A stretch of DNA of 63,926 bases, counting the filler, from Barthelona sp. PAP020 (Eukaryota), in the NCBI GenBank assembly GCA_040182905.1. It is 4 parts of 4 records of this genome, joined end to end, with 100 filler letters (N's around TTAATTAATTAA, not from the genome) between each part and the next. Parts side by side here need not be neighbours in the genome. Positions count along the whole stretch, not along the records: positions 1 to 18,043 come from JARQWU010000233.1; 3 more parts are not named here. The stretch is one strand, 5' to 3'. Numbering within the stretch: the stretch's first letter is position 1; every line of letters starts with the position of its first letter. This document shows positions 1 through 10,387 of this stretch, piece by piece. The notes under the pieces were generated by a model. It searched no databases. It was not told where the DNA came from and saw only the letters and a program-made list of their open reading frames with translations. A program made the position numbers and the translations under genes.

Positions 1-949
1 ATTTTTGCAAAAGCAAAATTTTAAAGTTTAAACTTTACCTTAGAAAATCTAAAGTTTTTCAACAGATCAATCGGGCCTCGAAAGCCTTTAACCAAATAAA
101 CCCTATTCTTTTTTATTCACTCATACATACAGTGTTCTTGGCTTGGAATTAATTGGTTGAAATTTTGAAAATTTCCAAGTTTCAAATGTGAAAAGAACTG
201 GGGTAAAGAAAACCCTTCCCAAATTTTTCTACTTGACTTCTAAATTAAAATTTTAAGCCAACAATTCCATGCTGGGGTTTTTATTGAAAAGTGCATAAAA
301 AATTTCCAGCACTAATAATCTAGGATTTTATAAAAGCGCACTTTGAAAGTTTTGACTCTTATCAAGGAAAATTTTTCACATAAATAAATTGTTACATCCT
401 CCAAAAATCGTTTAAAAAAGAAAAAGAAAAAAAATATTCTCTTTTATTCTTGAAACCACAGGTGTAGTGCTTTTTTGGGTCACAATAACATTTAACCGTT
501 AAGAAAAAGAAAAAAAAAGAGGGTTGTTCACAAGCCTATTTCTTTTGACGAATCGAAATTTTTCAATTCTTCCTTTTTCGTCAACGCACCGAAATTTTCC
601 TCAAATTTTTGATCTGTCGCTGTAGAAGCAAGGAAATTTGCACAATTAAGATAAATTTTACATATACCAAAGCTTAAAGCTCTTTTGAGCAATTAGTAAT
701 TCAAAATTTCACTTTCCATACAAGGCTTAACTTTGTCCTGACAGCCTATGAAAGAGTATGTTTCAAAAAGGAGAGGTTTTTTTTTTGGGATCAAAGATCC
801 CCGAAAAGATAGTCACAATTAATCGTTAGTTGTATAAAAAAAGAATAGAATCATCAAAGTTAGTATGGATGTGATATATGATAGACAAAGAAGAATCAAT
901 TGCCACAAAAGACAAAAAAAAAAAAGGAAAATGCACTGTTTATCAAATT

Positions 950-2719
950 TTAATCCTTTTTTTTACAATTGTGTGTTGGCCAATGCAATTTTTGGCATTC
1001 CGCATCGCAATAAATTGCTTTTTTACAACATATGCAACGTTGAGGTCTTGTTAACAGTTTACCACAATAATCACAACGATTCAAAAACCGATAATTAAAA
1101 ATAGCAAAAGGTGTGTTGAATTCAGAAGTTTCAGAAGTTTCAATATTTTCAGAAGATTCAGAAGTTTCAATATTTTCAATATTTTTGCTTTCTTTTTGTG
1201 TTTTAATTTTTTGTATTTTTTTGTTAATATTTTTATCATTTTGATGTTTCAATTTTTTCAAATTTTTGGAACCTTTATCATCAACATCTGTAGTGTTTAC
1301 CGTGTTTAATTGTCTACTATCATGCAAATGATTGATAAATATACTGACAAAACTAGTTTCATTTTCAAAAGCTTTATCTGCTAATTGCAATTTCTTATGA
1401 GTGTCAATATCATAATAATTGCCTTCATGTTCCTTTTCAGGTGATATAAATAGATGGGTGAAAAGCCCATCTTTATCAATACCAAATCTATGATACTTTC
1501 CAATCTGGATGAAATAATTCCATTTATTATGACCAAGTGAAGGAACTTTTGTCAAGACAAATGAAAATTCATGGTCGACAAACTGAACAATATAATCATT
1601 GTCCTCACATATCAAATAACAAGGAGCAATTCGATTGTAATTTAAGGGTGTTTTTGACCAACAAAAATGGGAATTCCTTGATAAATTTTTATATGGTTGA
1701 TATGCAACAAACCAAAGTTTTAAACCAAGCGTATGAAAAGGAAAAAGAAGATGTCCACAAGAAATGCCTTTCTCAGTGGAATAAAGTATATTAGCACTGG
1801 TATAATGTGAACTGTAAGGATTAAAAGATAATTCATGAATGAAGTTTACTTTTAATTGTTCATTTTGGTTGATTACACTTGTTAAACAACCTATCCAATG
1901 ATTTACGGAAACATCAAAATTTAATTGTTCTTTAGTTTTTGTTTTTATTTCTGCTGAATCCAATGTAATTTGAAATTTTATGAATACTAAGACGTCAGAA
2001 TCACCCCAAGCAGCAAAATGAAAAGTATTTGCTGAATGATCAGTAAAATTCAATCCACGGTTGACAACTACCCTTCGTAAAAGTAAATTCTCATCTTCAT
2101 TTGAAAATGGTCCTAAGCTTATTAAAGGGGTAATCATATCAACTTTTTTTTCAGAAATCTCTTCTAAAATAGGAACAAAAAGAATAGTTTCTGGATTAAT
2201 TGTTGGAATACATATTAAATGACGTGAACTACTCGAAGTAGTCCAATCTACATAACTAAAACTGTAATCAACAAAAATTAACGAAAAATCAAATGTTTCC
2301 AAAGAAAATTTGTAAACATTTATTGTTTCCATACCACTTTGTTCATCAATAATCCCATCAAAAACAATTGCCCAAAAATCAGAAAAAAATTCAATTTTTT
2401 TTGGTGAATTATTCTCACAAAAGTTGAATTGAAAGATCATTTCGGAATATTTTTCATCATTATAAATGTCTATTTCTTCAATAAATGCTTCAATATTCAT
2501 CGATTCTCCATTCATCAATGAACTATTGAACGATGGAGCAAATGTTGACGTTGAAGTCACTGAATCAGCATTTATTGAAGTTTTATTCAATATTTTATCA
2601 ATATTCGTGATATAAGTACATCCATCGGAAAATATAGTTAGTATTAAACCACAAAATGATTCTTCCGTAGAAATAGAAATATGTTCAAAGAATATCGGTT
2701 TACCATGCTTTGTATTCAT
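950..2719 (-). CDS. C-terminal MYND zinc-finger protein
   Basis: 589-aa ORF ending CDYCGKLLTRPQRCICCKKAIYCDAECQKLHWPTHNC, a canonical zf-MYND; the N-terminal region is not recognised. Confidence 0.85.
   Translation of the reverse strand: MNTKHGKPIFFEHISISTEESFCGLILTIFSDGCTYITNIDKILNKTSINADSVTSTSTFAPSFNSSLMNGESMNIEAFIEEIDIYNDEKYSEMIFQFNFCENNSPKKIEFFSDFWAIVFDGIIDEQSGMETINVYKFSLETFDFSLIFVDYSFSYVDWTTSSSSRHLICIPTINPETILFVPILEEISEKKVDMITPLISLGPFSNEDENLLLRRVVVNRGLNFTDHSANTFHFAAWGDSDVLVFIKFQITLDSAEIKTKTKEQLNFDVSVNHWIGCLTSVINQNEQLKVNFIHELSFNPYSSHYTSANILYSTEKGISCGHLLFPFHTLGLKLWFVAYQPYKNLSRNSHFCWSKTPLNYNRIAPCYLICEDNDYIVQFVDHEFSFVLTKVPSLGHNKWNYFIQIGKYHRFGIDKDGLFTHLFISPEKEHEGNYYDIDTHKKLQLADKAFENETSFVSIFINHLHDSRQLNTVNTTDVDDKGSKNLKKLKHQNDKNINKKIQKIKTQKESKNIENIETSESSENIETSETSEFNTPFAIFNYRFLNRCDYCGKLLTRPQRCICCKKAIYCDAECQKLHWPTHNCKKKD
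1120..1182 (-). repeat. Short coding tandem repeat (ENIETSE/ETSE units)
   Basis: Repeated TCAGAAGTTTCAATATTTT units on the + strand encode NIENIETSESSENIETSETSE. Confidence 0.7.
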
Positions 2720-2873
2720 ATTTCACATGGTAAAAAAAACAAATCAAAACCCTTTTTTCATTTATATTTTTTTCTTGAAGCGTATTTTTGAAAAATTCAA
2801 TAAAAATACTTTCTTCAATAAATAATAAATAATAATTGAGTAGTATTTATCTGTTTTTTTCAGGTATTTCTTT

Positions 2874-3183
2874 CTATATCCATTTTGAATCGCCTTTTGG
2901 ATGTAATGATGAAGGAATAGTTTTGAATAGTTGATTTAATGCATTACTAAATTGTAATTTCATTGAGTTCATTTGATTTTTCATTTGCAATTGCTCACTT
3001 TCTGATTTTTGCAAAGTTTCAATAATATTAACATATTTTTGTTGTAAACATTCCATATCTTCTTTATATTCATTCAATAAAGCTCCCATTTGTTGAAAGA
3101 ATTCTGCATATTAGAAATAACAATTGAAACTTTGATTATATGATACCTTCAATGATAATAAATGAATTTGTTTCGTCATTCAT
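2874..3183 (-). CDS. Spliced 88-aa coiled-coil protein (exons 3183-3147 and 3103-2874)
   Basis: ATG at 3183. A 43-nt GT..AG intron joins MNDETNSFIIIE in frame to EFFQQMGALLNEYKEDM...; unspliced reading hits TAA at 3136-3138. Confidence 0.75.
3104..3146 (-). other. Spliceosomal intron, 43 nt
   Basis: GTATCA...TTCTAATATGCAG; removing it restores the frame. Confidence 0.8.
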
Positions 3184-3221
3184 CTTGTTTTTAAGAAAAA
3201 TTATGCACAATTTAATTTTCC

Positions 3222-3239
3222 TGATGCAGGCAATTTTTG
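3222..3239 (-). promoter_or_regulatory. Upstream motif CAAAAATTGCCTGCATCA
   Basis: The core ends 41 nt before ATG 3183; 17 of 18 nt are identical to 50058-50075. Confidence 0.6.
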
Positions 3240-3402
3240 ATAGATAAAATTGAGTGAGTTTTGATTGTCTTTTATTTTTATCTTTTGTTCTTTGGGTTAT
3301 TATATGAATATAATTGATTAAATTCTTTTTTGAATTTAAGACAAAAAACAAAAAAAAAAAAAAATTGAGGTCTATATTTATAAAAACAAAGAGTTTTCAC
3401 GT

Positions 3403-5126
3403 TTAACTTGCACCAAACTGCATAAGCAAACCAGCAATTTTGACATGTTCTTCCACACAAGCAATATCAAAAGGAGTATCACCGATACGATTTGGGATGT
3501 TGACATTTGCTCCTTTATCCAATAAAAGTTTAACAATTTTTTTAAATCCCAATTTACAAGCTAAAAACAAAGGAGTTTCATTGTTGATATTAACAGAATT
3601 AATATCAGCTCCACGTATTAACAACGTTTTAACAATGTCAAATCTATTGTTTTGAACAGCAACGTATAATGGGGTATAATTAGGAATATTCAATTGTTCA
3701 ATATCTGAGCCATAATTTAAAAATAGATCAACCATTTTGTTATTACCGATTTCACATGCTTTTAATATTGGAGAAGTAACTATATCCCCCTTATCAGTTG
3801 TTGTATATATAATTTCATCATAAGTTGACCTATAATCCATAAGACATTTCATCACGTCATAATAATCACGTGAAGCAGCTTCATATACCATTGATTTACC
3901 ATTATTGGTACTCTTATCAAAATTTTGATCAAAATCATGAGGATCAATACCTGCTTTGATACATACTTTTAGTTTTTCAAGATCTCCTTCAAAAACAGCA
4001 TTTTTGAATTCTTCATTCTTATCTATAGAACTGAAGTTCTCAGAAATTACAACATCATCCATACAATAGATGTCATACAGATACCCATGTAATTTCTTTA
4101 TCTGAGCATCACTGTCAATTTCTGCAGGATCAACATCTACTCCTTCCAGATTTTGCAAAAGATTTTCCAGATACTCATAAATAATAGTAAATGAAGGTCT
4201 TTTTTCTGGATCAGCTTTTAAACAGTGTGTAATTACACCAAATCCTGGTATGGAATTTGTAATATGCTTCGGATATGGTAAAAATCCTTTAGACAATTTT
4301 TCTAAATAATTATCATCATTCTTAAAGGGAGCTTCACCAGTCATCACATATACGTACATAATAGCCCAAAGCCAAACATCAACAGCTTGACCAAGAATAC
4401 GACTCTCTTTGTTCACAACTTCAGGAGGTAAGAACTTGCTTTTATACTCTTCATTCTCATCTCTACACCCAACATCTTTGATATATGGTCTAAATCTAGG
4501 CCCTTTGTCAGTATTACTTATCAACTTAAAGGATATATAAGGTTTAAGATCAACATGGATTAAATTTTCTTTGTAAAGAAATTCCATTGCATAAGCAAGC
4601 TTGTCAAACATAATAATTTTATTTCTAATGCTGAAACGATTGTTGGTCTTTGGAATAGATTTGTTTAGAGTGAATTTTACTCGTTCTTCCACATTAATGG
4701 TGTCTCGGATTAAAGTGTCCCAAGTGTCCATTATTCTGCCCATTTTTTTTTCACTATGTTCAGCAAGTTTATATACACTCAAAGAAAATGGATCATGTAC
4801 AACATTTGGAAAACAATCGCGCTTCAAATCAGCAACACTAAATTCATTGTTGATAATTTTATTCAAAAAAAACACAAGAGTTTCAAGTGAATATCCAATT
4901 TTATCAAATTTACTTTCACTAACAATCGTATGTTCAACAAAACTTTGACCAGAAACAATTGGTTTCTTTTCCCTTTTGAGGAATTTCTTTTCCAACCGTT
5001 TCTTCTTTTCTGATTTTTCAGTTGGAATTTGTGGAATAACAGAAGGATTCTTTTTTTTTGGTGAAGAAATGGTGTTCTTTTTGTTCTTTCTGTCCTTCTT
5101 GTTAATATTGGATCGTTTAACCATAT
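3403..5126 (-). CDS. Degenerate protein kinase domain plus C-terminal ankyrin repeats
   Basis: Kinase motifs HVDLKPY, DVG, PPE, DVWLWA and HCLKADPEKRP, followed by TPLYVAV/TPLFLAC/TPFDIAC ankyrin repeats. Likely start is the ATG of MVKRS. Confidence 0.85.
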
Positions 5127-5318
5127 TTAGTTCATAATGTTTTGGAGAAAAAAAAAATCTTTTACCGTTTCTTTCACTATATCTGACTTTCCTTCTTAGA
5201 TAAATAAAGTCATTAGATTTACCAAAAAAAAAACTCCATAATACATTTATAACATCATATTTCACATGTCTTTAAATTTTGATATGTTTTTTTTCTCATT
5301 ATTTTTTCATCATTTCAA

Positions 5319-7097
5319 TTAATTTTCAAGTAATAATGTGGAAAATACTAAAATGATTCCATTTTTTCCACCAACAACGGTGATATGAGCAGTTTCTTTT
5401 GTATCTCCAACACAAACAACTCTTAGAGAAGCAGGACTCAATATCTCATCATTATATTTGATTGATGGAGGTATTAGGTTTCGTTTTTTTTTATCTTCTC
5501 TAATGTCAGTTGTGTTCTTCAACAAACTGTATTTATAATCTATGTACCACTTTTTTTGTTCTTCTTCTTCATCCTCATCGTCAATAACACTGTCATTATT
5601 GCTGTTTTCTTCTTGAATAATTGTCTTATTACTACGATAAACATTGAAGAAATTAATTCCACTGTAAGCAAATGCCTTTGTTGCCTTGAACATCCATTTT
5701 TGTTGACCAATAACTTTTCCATCTTCTGCCACAGATACCAAGTACCATAAATAAGGTGAAAAACTAAATGATCGACATGGACCATTGTGAGTCTTATATG
5801 ATTCAGTTCCACCCCCAAATTTAATTATACTTCCATCAGCAAATGAATACAACGTGCCCATACAGATAGGGGAACTATAGCAATGATGAATTGTATCCCT
5901 ATAAGTTTCTCGGAACCAAAAATCAGGTAATAGAATGTTCCCAGCATAAAAGTTTCCATCCCAAGTTCCAACTGCAATATTTTCACCTTTTGGATCAATA
6001 GAAACTGTTGTCACTGGACATTGATCTACTTTTGTAGATAGAATTGTTCTTCCCTCTAAATCATCGTCAAGATAATAAATAAATACATTCCCTTCATCAC
6101 TACCTATGATCAAATAATTTGTCTCTTTCGCTACATCAAACGAACGCATATGATGTCCCACAATTTCAATATTATTAATAGGAGAAAGAATAACACCTTT
6201 TGATGCATCTTCAGGTGTTTTTGGCATGACGAAAAACTCAAATGTATTATCAGCAAACAAAACTGCAAATACTGGTTCCTTTGTCCAATGAATCCATTGA
6301 GCTTTTAACACGCATTTCTTAAAGATACACAATGAATGAATTTCAATATTTTCAGCCCCTCTATTATCACAATTTGCAAGTCGATAGATTTGTATTGTGG
6401 GTACCTCTTCCAAACCAGGACAAATAGAACCAAAAAGATGTTGCACACATGTAGGTAATAAAGTTCCAACCAATAAAAAGCTTGAATTTTCATTTTCTGG
6501 GGAATATAAATCAAGCGATTGAACAGAGTTGTTTGCATTTCCAATATAAAAAGATTTTGGTTCAAAAATAGGATTAATTATTGGGTTAACGTCATCTAAT
6601 GTTGGAATAAAATACTTTTCATCTTTAATTTTCTCCAAATTATCAACAAATCCTGGAGATTCAACAAATCGAAAACTGTCAATGATAATAGAACTATCTT
6701 TGATACCATCATCCATATCATTATTGACATTAGTTTTTTCTAAAGGTTCTGTCTGATTAATAAGAAAAGAATCTGAAAAAACAATTTCAATGGGCTCATT
6801 TTCATAATCAATGATTACATCCTCTTGTATTGAATCAAAATTTTTATCTATTATTAATGATTTTGATACAATTGGATAATCAACAAATTCTGGCATTAAT
6901 TGAGGATAAAAAGCTGGATTAATCCCAGAAGCTTTTGAAAATTTAAAAACTCTTGCTAAATTTTCTGAAGAATAATCAAAAACAAAAGGAAAATCAGTAT
7001 TTTTTGTTTCGATAATCTTTTTAATGGTATCATATTTAATGTCAATCTTTGATTCAGATTTTTTTGATTTTTTAGTTGTTTTTTCCTTTTTCGGCAT
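5319..7097 (-). CDS. WD40 protein, possibly TFIIIC subunit GTF3C2/Tfc6-like
   Basis: WD-like blades (LIIGSDEGNVFIY, IAVGTWDGNFY, LVSVAEDGKV). The N-terminal blade pattern (TIQIY..LKAQW..FAVLFADNTFEFFVMP) resembles Tfc6; the orthology is inference. Confidence 0.55.
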   Translation of the reverse strand: MPKKEKTTKKSKKSESKIDIKYDTIKKIIETKNTDFPFVFDYSSENLARVFKFSKASGINPAFYPQLMPEFVDYPIVSKSLIIDKNFDSIQEDVIIDYENEPIEIVFSDSFLINQTEPLEKTNVNNDMDDGIKDSSIIIDSFRFVESPGFVDNLEKIKDEKYFIPTLDDVNPIINPIFEPKSFYIGNANNSVQSLDLYSPENENSSFLLVGTLLPTCVQHLFGSICPGLEEVPTIQIYRLANCDNRGAENIEIHSLCIFKKCVLKAQWIHWTKEPVFAVLFADNTFEFFVMPKTPEDASKGVILSPINNIEIVGHHMRSFDVAKETNYLIIGSDEGNVFIYYLDDDLEGRTILSTKVDQCPVTTVSIDPKGENIAVGTWDGNFYAGNILLPDFWFRETYRDTIHHCYSSPICMGTLYSFADGSIIKFGGGTESYKTHNGPCRSFSFSPYLWYLVSVAEDGKVIGQQKWMFKATKAFAYSGINFFNVYRSNKTIIQEENSNNDSVIDDEDEEEEQKKWYIDYKYSLLKNTTDIREDKKKRNLIPPSIKYNDEILSPASLRVVCVGDTKETAHITVVGGKNGIILVFSTLLLEN

Positions 7098-7350
7098 ATG
7101 TTATGTGTTTTAAAAAAGGGATAAGCTCAATCCATTAAAAAAAAAATAAAATTCATCACTTATGTTCATATAAAATTATTGTTTTTTGGTAGTGAACATT
7201 TATTATTATTATTACCATTATTATTGTTACTTATACTCTTTTGAGTGATAATAAATTCTTGTTGACGAATTTTTTTTTTTTGCTTTTTAACACAAAATAT
7301 ATTTAATGATAGGATTAAAATTTGTATAATATATAATTAATAATCAAAAT

Positions 7351-10200
7351 ATGGAAAAGATTTTAAAAATAATAACAATAATTGTATTTATAAGTTTATT
7401 AACAACTGTACGATGTTTTAGTGTTGTAATAAATAAAGAATATATGCCTGAAATAATGAAAGATAGTGATATAGATGAATTAGAGTTATTTATGAAAACG
7501 AGATTGCCACAATATAGTTTTGAATTTATACAATATGAAGATATTGATTTTTCTTTAGTATTAGCAGCAGAAATGTATGATTTTGCAATAGTTGACTGTA
7601 TTAGGAAGGAATTTTATGATCATAAGACCATTTCATCAATATTGAACAAAGAATATTTGAGTGTTTTAACTTCAGACATTTTATTTGTTTTAAAGGATAA
7701 TTTAGATGGTTATAAACATGTTTTACCAACAATAGATCAATCAATCTGCTATTATAATGATTTTGAATCCTTTAGATTCAAATATACATTGGAAAGAAAT
7801 AATGTTGATAGTAATAGGGTAAATTTTATCCATACAAATAGTCATTTAGATTCTTATAAGTTATTGAAGCAGAAAACCATCTGTGATTCAGCATTAATAC
7901 CTATTTCTGCTGTTAAGTCATTGGGTATTTTAGAAGATGATTTAATTTCAGCGATTGATTTGTTTAATTTAACACAATTAACTTCCAATAGAGGAATGAA
8001 TTATACTTTGTTTAATTTTACATCAATTCCAACTCCAAATGGCTTTTTTATTGCTTCAACTAAGATTGATTATCAATTATGTAAAGAAATTGCTTCAATG
8101 TTATTGAATTTTGGAATTCAAATTCCTTTACCAATTCAATCTTCTTATGGATTCATAGAACCTATTGATAATTATGTTGCCAAAGAAATAATTCAACATT
8201 TTAAGCTATTACCTGTAGTACCATGTTTAAATGACGTGTTATTTTATCATATTTGTGTTTTAACATTGATAACTTCATTGTTATTGTCTTTATGTTATAT
8301 GGCATTGGTTACACCTACAAAATTACCTTCATTATGTCATTTCAAGCATCTTACTGATATTCTATTACATTCTTCTATACCTACCTTGTTATTGAACAAA
8401 AAGAGTGATATTTTATTCCACAATTTAGATCCTCAGGAAGAGTTGAATTTAGTACCTTTTCATAAAATTGGAAATACACTCAATTCATTGGAAAAAGATA
8501 GTGATATTTGTATTCAAGTGTTTCATGAAGCAAATACTGTTTTAATGCTATTAAATATCAATCTTGACCATTTAAATGTGAATAAAATTGGGTTTATTTT
8601 GTCAAATCAATTGTTTCAATCTCTATTGTTGAATCACAATAAAAAGCAAGCAAATTCATATCTATCCAACATTTCATTGAATCCACATTCAAGCAATTTG
8701 ATTCGATCAACCAGAAATTCTTCTTCAGCATCAAATCGAGAGGTTTTCTTTGAACAAATGTTTTTAAGAATTGAAGCCAATATTTTGGAATCAACAGATA
8801 AAATTATCAATTCAATTTTCGAATCTTTGGAGATATTTGCTAAGAAAACAGATTCTGATCAAGTTTTTTTTGTTCAATGTAATGAATACGAGTTAAGAAA
8901 TGCTTTTCTTTTCAAAGAACTGGCTCAAAGAAATTATAATAATGTTGATGTTAAAGAAGTTTCACAATCATCAACTACGGCTACTACAGAGCATGCAGAT
9001 GCCACAGATTCAACTTCAACAACATTACCTTCGTCAAAAACAACAACAGCAACCACTTCCACTGATACAGACAAATTAAAACGTTTGAAGATGTGTTTTA
9101 GAACTGATGGTAATCATATAAAACAGATTTTATTTGATAGAGACTTATTTGATCGACAAAATGACGAGTTGATAAGAAAGAAAGATTATCCACACAACAA
9201 AAGGATTAATACAATGGTCAATGAGTTTTTGAAAGGAAAGATTGTTCGAGGAAAATATCCTAAATCTGCTAGACTTCATCCTTTTTTGGGAGTAGATATT
9301 AATTATTCGCATTTTATTTGGGTTGGAATTTTTTCACCAATTGGTTTCTTTGGAGTCTTGGGCTTTGAAATGGTTTCATCATTTTCAAAGGATGGTTTGT
9401 TTGACCATTATTCAATCATATCTACATCTTTTTCCTCGTTAATTACTTGTTATTTGCTAAAGATTATGAAAGATAGATATAATATTTTGATCAATTTGTT
9501 TAAAAAATTCAACATAATTCCAAAACCTTTAGAAATTGATATTAAACAAGAAACTTGTTCCTCTATCATTACTGGAGACTTATCTTTTAATTCTTTGTAT
9601 GAAAGATTCACTTTAAGCAACAATAAAACTGATTTAAAAACTGTTTTTTTGGAGTCAATTGAAAAAGGTGAATTGTATCTAGAATTGATTGCAAATGATT
9701 TACTTCAAGACAATAATCTTAAATTTTGGGCTAAAAGACTAAATGACAACATTTTTTATGGGTATATCATTGAAGAAGATGAAAACTTGCGTTTAAATAA
9801 TGTTTTAAGCCATTTAACATCTTATTTATTCTTGAATGATGATTCTCATGTCTTGTGGATTGTCGATAGAGAAAATATTGATAACTTTTTTTGTTTTTCA
9901 CAGTGTGATCTTGATAATGAATTAGTTCCTTATATAAATAATTTAGAAACTTTCCAAAACATTTTATGTGAAGATTATCAAAAAAGGTTTGCTTCTGAAT
10001 TGAAAAGATTTGTTGTTTATCCAAAAGAAACTTTTAGTCTGATCGTTCAATCAAAAGATGGTCATAACATTAGGTTTATTTCTAGTTCAAAATGTCAAAC
10101 TGTTTGGATGAACAAAAGAGTCTTTGTTGGCATTTTTTATAAAGAAATTAACTACAGAACTTTAACACATGAACATTTAAAATCAAATATGATCAGATAG
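7351..10200 (+). CDS. Membrane sensor: signal peptide, PhnD-like solute-binding domain, TM, PAS/GAF-like cytoplasmic domains
   Basis: Hydrophobic N-terminus. FIHTNSHLDSYKLLKQKTICDSALI and PNGFFIASTKIDYQLCKEIASMLL match Phosphonate-bd patterns. TM at about aa 297-320. GAF-like end WVGIFSPIGFFGVLGFE. Confidence 0.6.
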   Translation: MEKILKIITIIVFISLLTTVRCFSVVINKEYMPEIMKDSDIDELELFMKTRLPQYSFEFIQYEDIDFSLVLAAEMYDFAIVDCIRKEFYDHKTISSILNKEYLSVLTSDILFVLKDNLDGYKHVLPTIDQSICYYNDFESFRFKYTLERNNVDSNRVNFIHTNSHLDSYKLLKQKTICDSALIPISAVKSLGILEDDLISAIDLFNLTQLTSNRGMNYTLFNFTSIPTPNGFFIASTKIDYQLCKEIASMLLNFGIQIPLPIQSSYGFIEPIDNYVAKEIIQHFKLLPVVPCLNDVLFYHICVLTLITSLLLSLCYMALVTPTKLPSLCHFKHLTDILLHSSIPTLLLNKKSDILFHNLDPQEELNLVPFHKIGNTLNSLEKDSDICIQVFHEANTVLMLLNINLDHLNVNKIGFILSNQLFQSLLLNHNKKQANSYLSNISLNPHSSNLIRSTRNSSSASNREVFFEQMFLRIEANILESTDKIINSIFESLEIFAKKTDSDQVFFVQCNEYELRNAFLFKELAQRNYNNVDVKEVSQSSTTATTEHADATDSTSTTLPSSKTTTATTSTDTDKLKRLKMCFRTDGNHIKQILFDRDLFDRQNDELIRKKDYPHNKRINTMVNEFLKGKIVRGKYPKSARLHPFLGVDINYSHFIWVGIFSPIGFFGVLGFEMVSSFSKDGLFDHYSIISTSFSSLITCYLLKIMKDRYNILINLFKKFNIIPKPLEIDIKQETCSSIITGDLSFNSLYERFTLSNNKTDLKTVFLESIEKGELYLELIANDLLQDNNLKFWAKRLNDNIFYGYIIEEDENLRLNNVLSHLTSYLFLNDDSHVLWIVDRENIDNFFCFSQCDLDNELVPYINNLETFQNILCEDYQKRFASELKRFVVYPKETFSLIVQSKDGHNIRFISSSKCQTVWMNKRVFVGIFYKEINYRTLTHEHLKSNMIR

Positions 10201-10387
10201 TTTGTTCATTAAAAAATGTAAAAATTGTTTTTTTCTACTATTCCCTTTTTATTTTTGTTATGATCGTGGTTTAATAATTATTAATTGAATATAAAATTAA
10301 ATGTGAAAAAAATTATCATATCCAATAAAAATTGAGTTCAACCACAAAAACCAAAAAATTTTCCAAACACATTTTTCAATCAAAACA

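Noticed and set aside
1..860. Small inverted repeats (TTGACGAA/TTCGTCAA near 545-593; GGGATC-AAA-GATCCC near 787-801) in an ORF-free stretch
   Set aside because: The stems are short, lie in AT-rich DNA, and show no recognisable RNA or TIR signature.
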